Shown here: positions 13,729-22,228 of the stretch, piece by piece
Layout: each line of letters starts with the position of its first letter
How positions within the stretch are numbered: position 1 is the first letter of the stretch
From: Folioceros fuciformis
Lineage: Eukaryota
Length of the DNA stretch: 48,596 nucleotides
Assembly: GCA_049999805.1 (NCBI GenBank)
Contig: JBNGIO010004124.1
Coordinates: 1-48,596, forward strand
Reading direction: 5' to 3'
The notes under the pieces: generated by a model
Seen by the model: only the letters and a program-made list of their open reading frames with translations
Databases searched by the model: none
What the model was told of the DNA's origin: nothing
Made by a program: the position numbers and the translations under genes

Positions 13729-13836
13729 TTTATAGCTAGCTCGCATGCAGGCGGAACGCGCTCGATGCGTACAGCACTGTCTCGAGACTACTTGAAGCTT
13801 CTCGTTCGTTCTTCTTCGGAAGGAAACATTCCGGAA
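13729..13836 (-). promoter_or_regulatory. HSP70 promoter: TATA box and heat-shock elements
   Basis: CTATAAA on the minus strand at 13729-13735. nGAAn inverted arrays GAAgcTTCtcGttcgTTC (13794-13811) and aAAcaTTCcgGAA (13824-13836) lie just upstream. Confidence 0.7.
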
Positions 13837-14066
13837 GGCCATGCTAGCGTGTAGTCCACTTGTCATTGTACACAACGCGAAACGGAACGGCAGTTGGCAC
13901 GAGAGTTTCAACCCCCCAGGGTGAGACCCAACTTCAGCGCGTGGTATTCCCACGAATACGTTCGACACACAGAATAACCCTGCCAGGTTAAAACTTTCAG
14001 GCCAGCGGCCCCTTCTCATTACGTGTTACGAGCGCGGGAATTGTCGTCAGCCGTCTCAACGCAAAA

Positions 14067-15699
14067 CTACCACCGCTCCCTTACTCGGGGAGGGTGGCCG
14101 GATGTTTTCAAGGCCGCTACAAGTTCTCTTTCTTTTTTATCAGCTTCGGCTACCGCTGCTAACATGTCCATCTCGTCGTCATCACTTTCACTGTCCTCGT
14201 CGTCCTCCTCCTCATCATCATCATCGTCACTGCCGATGCCGTCCTCCCCATCTTCATCACTTTCGTCATCATCCTCATCCTCATCCTCCTCGTCCCCTTC
14301 ACGACGACCTGCGGCTGTCGGTGCACCCTTCTTTCCAAGTGAAACCAGTTCGCCCAGGCGTGCTTTGACTTCCACCAAAGGATCCTTGTCGATCAGTTCA
14401 GATCCACGGTAGGCCTCCCTCAGAAAGACAGAGTCACGGGCTCCCTTCAGTGACACGTAGAACAACTCAGGATGCCGTATGATCATAGAATGAATCCTTT
14501 GTGAGAACTTGAAATCCCGCCTGAAGTGGGTAAGATGGTCTATCAATAACCGCTTCTCCAAAGTAAGGCTCAGGACCTCATGCACCACTGCCACAGCATG
14601 CTTCTCCGCCTCCGGGGATGAGGGACTCAGACTGCTGACATCGGCATAAGGCGAGATGTACGGGAGGTCCTGGAACTTGAGTATAACCTCTCTGTCCTTC
14701 CTGGACAGGTTGTACCCCTTCGGGAGATCGATTCTCCTGAATTTGTTAGGCCTCTCGAGTGACACGGCTTCTCTGGCTGCTTCCTCCTGAGCTTTCTTCC
14801 TTTCCCAAGCACTAACAGCCAAGCTGGGGTCCCACTCTTTCAGCTCCAATGCAGGCCCGTCTTCTATTTCCACCACATGGAAATACTGGGGGTACTTCGG
14901 CACCACCGAAGTGAGATAGTCCTCAGACAGCCCGAAGTCCCGCTTCACATGTGCCAGTTTCGAAAGCAGAATCCTTTTGTCAATGGACATCATCAACATC
15001 TTCCTCAGCTTCCCTACTGCCACAATTTCAAGCTCTTCCCTCAGTCTCAACTCCTCCTGGTGATGCTCTTCAGCCTGGGGCGTGAGCCTGAAGTAGAAGA
15101 CATTACACCCCTCTTCAAAAACCTACATCGGAGCCAGATTCTCATACAGTAACTCCAGGCTCCCTCACCCGTAACAACCTAGGCAACAAAAAACCACCCT
15201 GACTTCCTACCAGACCAGACGCACAGACGAGATCCATCAGCAGTAGTACCTTGAAAACAGCCGGGTATCTGTTGAGCAGAGCCACACATCTCCTCTTCCC
15301 CGTGAGCCCTATCTGCTTCCTGTTCTTCCCCAGGTCCCGGAGAGACATCACCCGGCCGGGTTGCTTCACGAGAAGGTCCTTGATGCGGCTCACAATCTTC
15401 AGCTTTTTTTCTCGCTGGATGACATTGTCGAAGGAGGGATCCTTCCTCCGCTTGATCCTAGCTGTTGGCAGCCAGGTCCTGGTGACCGATTTACTCTTGG
15501 GAATGCGAGCCCTTTGCAGCTGCTGCGTGGTGCCGAAGAATGCGGATTGCAACGCCAACGCTCCATGGCTCAGTTTCCCACCCCTTCCAATGAAGCACAC
15601 AGAGTGCTGCGGGGACGACCGCCCGCGCAAGTTGGCAAGCTCGCAGTTGAGAGAAGCTGCTACTGCCCAGGCCCGGCCGACACAAGCCCTCAGCGCCAT
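14067..15699 (-). CDS. WTF1: PORR-domain organellar group II intron splicing factor, WTF1-like; exons 15699-15250 and 15122-14067
   Basis: Transit-like N-terminus followed by RRKDPSFDNVIQREKKLKIV...QPGRVMSLRDLGK...ALLNRYPAVFK|VFEEG, KLRKMLMMS, FQDLPYISPY, EKHAVAVVHEVLSLTLEKR and IIRHPELFYVSLKG, then an acidic tail. GT-AG intron at 15123-15249. Confidence 0.88.
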
Positions 15700-16095
15700 G
15701 CGCAACTACAATCTTGGGAACACATGCATCCACGCCCCAAAGTACACTGGGCATCAACTTGGCCTTGGAATGAAGACCTAGCTAGCTAGATTCAATTACA
15801 GTTTTGATGTCATATTTCCTTATCCCCCTTACGTACCGAGAATTTCATTTCATGTTCATTTCTCTGTCCCCGTTATATACGTGTAGGTAGGTAAGAGTGA
15901 GTCTAAAATACTCAGGCACCGCGGACTCTTCAGAGCTCGGATTAGGGCACGCCGCCTCCGCAGCTCGCCTTTAGCACCTCTCCGTGCAGCCGTGGTCTTT
16001 CTCTCGCCGCCTTTGCAGCTCGGCCTCCAGCGCCTCTTGCGCTAATCTCTGGCCGGCTCCCTAGCTCTTCCGGCGCATTCGACGACCTCTCAATC

Positions 16096-16850
<755 letters not shown>

Positions 16851-17393
16851 TCTCCTATGACATAGAATGGCGCCTTATCCGTTTGTGGGATAGGGCAACG
16901 CGTAGTAGGAAATTGAGAGACTCTTACGTTACCGGGATGTTTGAGGAAGGAGGATTTTAAAGGCCTTGGTCTAGGCCTCGCGAATTATCTTTTGAGAGTG
17001 TACTTGTCTTGTGCGGATTCCACACCATCCGTCGTCGTAGTCCATCAGAGGGGAGTTTTAGCGGCTATTCTCGATTCTCAGGCTTGGACTTTTCATAGGT
17101 CTCACTGTCGGTAACAATTCCTTCTCTAATTAAGGGCTCGAGAGGAAGGCTCTCGGACTATTTTGTTGCTGGACCTCGGATCCCATGTCGAACTCCTCCT
17201 CCGGAATGGCGAGTCGCTTCCCCCGTGTTGTTTCCGAATCCCATTCGTGGGTCTCAGCGCCCAATTTCCAGTTTGCGTCTTGGATTTACTGCGGTTAGTG
17301 GGCTACGTTTTCCTAAAGTTGGTGTATAGTTCGTTCGCATCCTGGCGCAGGTCACGTTGTTTGTCGTGCACAACCTAAGGTGTCGCCTTGGAG

Positions 17394-20300
17394 ATGGCCA
17401 CTCTGTGGCAGCCGGATCTGCCGTGGATTCAGCAATTGTCTGGGATCACGGAGATCCATGGAGGAGCTCCCGCTCACCTCACTACAGACACTTCACCCCC
17501 TGCAAACAACCAGGCCTCCCGATGCAGTAGTGTACGGAGTCCAGCAATTCCAAGTAGATGGATTACTGGCGAGGTATTCTCTATCGATGGTGGTCGCCAG
17601 GTGCAAGAGCAGGAGCTCTTATGGCGAGATTTGTTTCTGGACCCTGCTAAGTGGTGGGATAACAGGCTAGGTAAGAAGAGCTCTCGTTCCCCTGACTTCC
17701 GTCGTAAAGGGTCCGGTGAGGTCCTCTGGTTAAACAACATTTCCAAGCCAGCTTGGGTGGATGAGCAGCTGGGTTCTTTGGATATGCAGATGGGTCATGG
17801 TGCCTTTCGTCCCAAGTGGAGGTCTCCGAGTAAGCCGGAGGCCGGCAGACCTGCAGGATTGGGAATGGGCGCTGTGACGCCTGTAACTGTGAGCACGTTA
17901 TGTCAACAGAAGAAGCTTGTCGAGGCCGTTGGAGCTCTGGAATCCCTGGCGCAGACAGACTGTCCTACTACTCGGTCTCTCTTTTACACTGTGTTAAAAC
18001 TGTGTGCAGCTAAGAAGGATACGGTTGTGGGGCGACGAGTTCATGATCTCGCTGTCAAACTTGGTTACGAATCAAATACATATCTGGGGAACCATATTTT
18101 GCGTATGTATGCATCTGGAGGTAAGCTACAAGAGGCCATGGATGTGTTCACCAGGGTGCTCAACCCAAATGCCTTCATGTGGAGTTCCATAATCGCTGCA
18201 CATGCTAAACATGGGAAACCTAATGAGGCCATACAACTGTACCATGAAATGTGTAGTTCAGGGGGGAAGGCAGATGCTCACGTCTTTGTAGCAGCCCTTC
18301 AAGCTTGCGCTGTTGCTGCGGACTTGGAATCTGGCATAAAATTGCATTTTGATGTGTTGCACAGTGGCATTCCTTCTAACTTGTTTGTTGGCAACTGCCT
18401 GGTGGACATGTACGCCAAGTGTGGTGAACTGGGAGAGGCACGCAGGGTTTTCGACAGCTTGGCCACCAAGGATGTGGTGACCTGGAATGCCCTAATTTCC
18501 GGGTATGGAAATCAAGGTCACAGCCAGGAGGCGCTTGTTGCGTACGGACAAATGGAGCTGGAGGGGCTGATTGTGGGTAACCATGTTACTTTTGCTAGTC
18601 TTCTGAAGGCGTGTGCAAGCGCTGGTGCCTTACAGAAGGGCAGGCAGCTGCACTCACAAATTGTGGAAAGAGGACTGCTAGGTAACATACTTGTGGGCAC
18701 TACCCTGGTGGACATGTATGCAAAGTGTGGTGAAATGGAAGATGCACGCCAAGTATTTGATAACTTGGCAACAAAGGATGTGGTGACATGGAATGCTCTG
18801 ATTGCTGGGTATGCACAGAAAGGACTTAGCCAAGAGGCGAGTGTTCTACATGAACAAATGGAGCAGGAGGGCCTCATTATGGCTGATGAGGTTACGTTTG
18901 CTTACCTTCTGAAGTCTTGCACTATCGACGGCGCCATACAGAAGGGTAGAGAGCTGCACTCCCTGATTGTGGAAAGAGGACTCCTAGATAGCATGCTTGT
19001 CCGCACTTGCCTGGTAGACATGTATGCAAAGTGTGGCGAACTGGAGGATGCACTCCAAGTTTTTGACAGCTTGGGCACTAAAAATGTTGTAACATGGACG
19101 GCCCTGATTGCTGGGTATGCACAGCAAGGTCTCGGTGAGCAGGCGCTTGTTCTGCATGCACAAATGGAGCAGCAAGGCCTGATTGTGGCTGACGATGTTA
19201 CTTTCGCGTGCCTTCTGAAAGCCTGTGCATTCTCTGGCGCCCTACAGAAGGGCAAGCAGCTGCACTTGCAGATTAAGGAAAGGGGGCAGCTTGATAGCGT
19301 ACTGTTGGGCAACTGCTTGGTGGACATGTATGCAAAGTGTGGCGTATTGGAAGATGCGCGCCAGGTGTTTGACAGCTTGACCACAAAGGATGCGGTGACC
19401 TGGAATGCCATGATTGCAGGGTATGCACAGCAAGGTCTGGTCCAGGAGGCGCTCGTCGTGTATGAACAAATGGAACAGGAGGCCCTGATTGTGGGTAATC
19501 ATGTTACTTTTGCTTGCCTTCTGAAGTCATGTGCAGCTGCTGGTGCCTTGCAGAATGGCAGGCAGTTGCATTCGCAGATCGTGGAACGAGGGCATCTAGA
19601 TAACATCCTGGTAGGCAACTCCCTGGTGGATATGTATGCAAAGTGTGGCGAACTGGAAGAGGCGCGCCGGGTTTTTGACAGCTTGGACAAAAAGGATGTC
19701 GTGACATGGAATGCCCTGATAGGTGGGTGTGGTTCTTGTGATGAAGGACACAACGCCCTAGCATGTTTTGAGGAGATGTTAATCGCCGGCATTCAACCTG
19801 ACGATGCCACTTTCACTTGCCTTTTGGCAGCATGCAGTCACAAGGGACTGGTGACTGAGGGGCGCAAGCACTTTGATTCCATGGTTGAAGACCATGGCAT
19901 CAGACCTACTATTGAGCATTACAATTGCATGGTTGACCTTCTTGGACGTGCAGGCCTTTTAGACGAGGCAGAGAAAATGCTCTTATCCTGTGAGAGCCAG
20001 AGCAATGTTGTGGGGTTGAGGTCATTGCTGAATTCCTGTAGAAGTCACGGGGACGTGGAGAGGGCAACACGGTGCTTTGACAGTCTCGTTAGGTTAGAAC
20101 CTCAAGGTGCATCCTCATATGTGCTCATGGCCAATGCCTACGCAGATGCCGGTAGGTGGGGTGATGTATCAAGGATTGAGACGCAGAGGATGGCGGCGGG
20201 AGCTAACAAGAAACCTGCAGTGGCGGGCATTGAGGTGAAGAAGCAGGTACATACTTTTGTGGTTGGCGACAGTAGAGATGACATTTCGGTCGAGTTAGAG

Positions 20301-20612
20301 AGCATGAATGCACGCCTGAAGCAGGAAGGGGGCCACGTCCCACACACAAAGTTGGTGTTGAAGTCTGTGTCTGAGAAGGAAAAGGAAGACGCACTTTGCG
20401 GGCATGCTGAAAAGCTAGCCTTGGCATTTGGTCTCTTGAACACTCCAAGTGGCACCCCTTTGGTGGTAACAAAGAACCTACGCATGTGCAGTGACTGCCA
20501 CAGCTCCACGGAGATCATGTCCCGGGTGGAAAGGAGAAACATTGTTGTAAGGGATGGGTACCGTGTTCATCGATTCGCGGCTGGTTCTTGCAGTTGCAAT
20601 GGTGGAACGTGA
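17394..20612 (+). CDS. PLS-class PPR protein with E1/E2 and KP-type DYW deaminase domain, plus N-terminal PDF (OSB-like) motif; paralog 1
   Basis: Repeated S (LVDMYAKCG), P (VVTWNALIAGYAQ) and L (VTFACLLKAC) motifs, then HYNCMVDLLGRAG, KKPAVAGIEV, GHAEKLALAFGL, KNLRMCSDCH and HRFAAGSCSC. The true start may lie in an upstream exon. Confidence 0.93.
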   Translation: MATLWQPDLPWIQQLSGITEIHGGAPAHLTTDTSPPANNQASRCSSVRSPAIPSRWITGEVFSIDGGRQVQEQELLWRDLFLDPAKWWDNRLGKKSSRSPDFRRKGSGEVLWLNNISKPAWVDEQLGSLDMQMGHGAFRPKWRSPSKPEAGRPAGLGMGAVTPVTVSTLCQQKKLVEAVGALESLAQTDCPTTRSLFYTVLKLCAAKKDTVVGRRVHDLAVKLGYESNTYLGNHILRMYASGGKLQEAMDVFTRVLNPNAFMWSSIIAAHAKHGKPNEAIQLYHEMCSSGGKADAHVFVAALQACAVAADLESGIKLHFDVLHSGIPSNLFVGNCLVDMYAKCGELGEARRVFDSLATKDVVTWNALISGYGNQGHSQEALVAYGQMELEGLIVGNHVTFASLLKACASAGALQKGRQLHSQIVERGLLGNILVGTTLVDMYAKCGEMEDARQVFDNLATKDVVTWNALIAGYAQKGLSQEASVLHEQMEQEGLIMADEVTFAYLLKSCTIDGAIQKGRELHSLIVERGLLDSMLVRTCLVDMYAKCGELEDALQVFDSLGTKNVVTWTALIAGYAQQGLGEQALVLHAQMEQQGLIVADDVTFACLLKACAFSGALQKGKQLHLQIKERGQLDSVLLGNCLVDMYAKCGVLEDARQVFDSLTTKDAVTWNAMIAGYAQQGLVQEALVVYEQMEQEALIVGNHVTFACLLKSCAAAGALQNGRQLHSQIVERGHLDNILVGNSLVDMYAKCGELEEARRVFDSLDKKDVVTWNALIGGCGSCDEGHNALACFEEMLIAGIQPDDATFTCLLAACSHKGLVTEGRKHFDSMVEDHGIRPTIEHYNCMVDLLGRAGLLDEAEKMLLSCESQSNVVGLRSLLNSCRSHGDVERATRCFDSLVRLEPQGASSYVLMANAYADAGRWGDVSRIETQRMAAGANKKPAVAGIEVKKQVHTFVVGDSRDDISVELESMNARLKQEGGHVPHTKLVLKSVSEKEKEDALCGHAEKLALAFGLLNTPSGTPLVVTKNLRMCSDCHSSTEIMSRVERRNIVVRDGYRVHRFAAGSCSCNGGT

Positions 20613-20876
20613 GATGAAGCGAGCTCTGAAGGGCCGAGCGTAAATTTCAGGGAACCAGCATCCCCTAACCGTTTGCACCGGACAGGGACCGCCATTCCTC
20701 GGGACTCTCCGTCCCAGCGGCGATATAACCTGTTTGTTTCTCATCACGAATGTCTATCAAATATTCGCGTTTTAATTCGATTAGGATAGAATTTGGAACA
20801 AAATAGACGTCTTGCATGCGTCAAGCGCCGCCCAAGCATACTGAGCTTTGGCTTTAGGAGTTGCTCAGGGTGCGGG

Positions 20877-20952
20877 GAGAGGAGGAGCTCCAATGGGGTC
20901 AGGAGAACTTGTGGAGAGGAGGAGCTCCAAGGGGGTCAGGAGAACTTGTATG
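20877..20952. repeat. ~37-bp direct tandem duplication
   Basis: gagaggaggagctccaa.ggggtcaggagaacttgt occurs twice. Confidence 0.85.
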
Positions 20953-21066
20953 GAACACCTGTATAGCTCGGGACAATGCCGAATGCGAGGGGTTTGGACT
21001 CTAGTCCCGACATGTACCACCCGCACCTAGTCTCAACTACTTTCAACAACCTTCTACAAGGAATGC

Positions 21067-21178
21067 TGGAGCAAGGGTATGGACTTCCTCCCTAGTGATG
21101 GAGCAAGGGTATGGACTTCCTNNNNNNNNNNGGGTATGGACTTCCTCCCTAGTGATGGAGCAAGGGTATGGACTTCCT
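21067..21178. repeat. 32-bp tandem repeat spanning an assembly gap (N at 21122-21131)
   Basis: The unit tggagcaagggtatggacttcctccctagtga appears on both sides of the gap, so copy number is unresolved. Confidence 0.9.
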
Positions 21179-21234
21179 ACCCAACATGTACCAGCTAAAT
21201 CTAGTCACCGACGACCTGATCTGCCGTGAGTGCA

Positions 21235-21575
21235 GGAGCAAGACAAGAGGGCATTGGAAACCTAGGTACAGCTGAAGAGGAATCGCACACGTTGGACGTG
21301 GACAAGGAGCAAGACAGAGGCATTCGAAACCTACGTACAGATGAAGAGGAAGCCCACACCTCGGACGTGGACAAGGATATATGTCTTCTTTCGTCTCCGC
21401 AACAGTGTGGGCACACCGTGCAGGTCTTTTGCAAAGGCTTTATAAGTTGTTCTTGTTTAAAGACCTTGTGGCTTGTTCTTCTTCTAAGCGGATATGGCAA
21501 TGAGACGATGTTGTTCTTGTGTGAAGGCCTTGTGGTTCCCTCTTCTTCTAAGGCAAAATGGCAATGAGACAGTGC
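21235..21575. repeat. Two adjacent imperfect tandem duplications (~70 bp x2 and ~63 bp x2)
   Basis: ggagcaagaca...gaagaggaa...ggacgtggacaa occurs twice (21235-21378). ttgttcttgt...ccttgtgg...tcttcttctaag...atggcaatgagac occurs twice (21448-21572). Confidence 0.8.
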
Positions 21576-22228
21576 TTATTTCTTTCCCCTTGTGTCTTGC
21601 ACCCTGGCTTTCACACGCTCAGTTGCACGCACCAAAAGAGGCGCTCACTTACATGGATGCAAAAGCCCCTACGGCCCCCACTTGCATCACGGAAAGTCCC
21701 TGTTGTGACTTGCATCAAGGGAAAGCTGTTACACTCGCTGCACTGAAACCTTCCCAGGGTTTAGGAAAAATGTTTGACAGTTGATCATCAATTATGTGAA
21801 ATTTTTTATCTAAGACGAAAGGAAATTACCCATCACAAAGATCGCTGTATTGGATGTGGGCGCACCGAGCGTTTGGGTATGGCTACACCGAGCAGATACC
21901 GTCATTTTTATGCCGGGCCGATGCAGCCATCCTGGTGATGGCGGAAGTTGTCGCCGTATGCGGAGGCAATTTCTTTTCCACACACCGGCAGAAACATCGT
22001 CGGGTCACTGCAAGGGTGTTCATAGCGTTGTTCCATAACATAGTCCTAGACACGTCCAGAATTGATCTGTGTACTGAGGAGATATGTACATTGGACTTGC
22101 AGAAGTGAATCTCCGAAGGACCTGTCTGCACTAGTCTCGAGGGTGTCGTATCATGCAAAGGACCTAAGCACCCTGCAGCGGTTTTTAGTCTCTTCTGCAT
22201 CCCATCGTCTGAGATTGGTGCCTGTAAC

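Noticed and set aside
21067-21178. 32-bp repeats as a CRISPR array
   Set aside because: The units are head-to-tail with no unique spacers, there are no cas genes, and the context is eukaryotic.
17163-22228. Both PPR genes have an in-frame upstream frame closed by one TAA/TGA; idea of self-activation by U-to-C editing of their own mRNA
   Set aside because: These are nuclear transcripts and editing is organellar. The paralog 1 upstream frame has no ATG, the two stops are not at homologous positions, and introns or UTRs explain it more simply.
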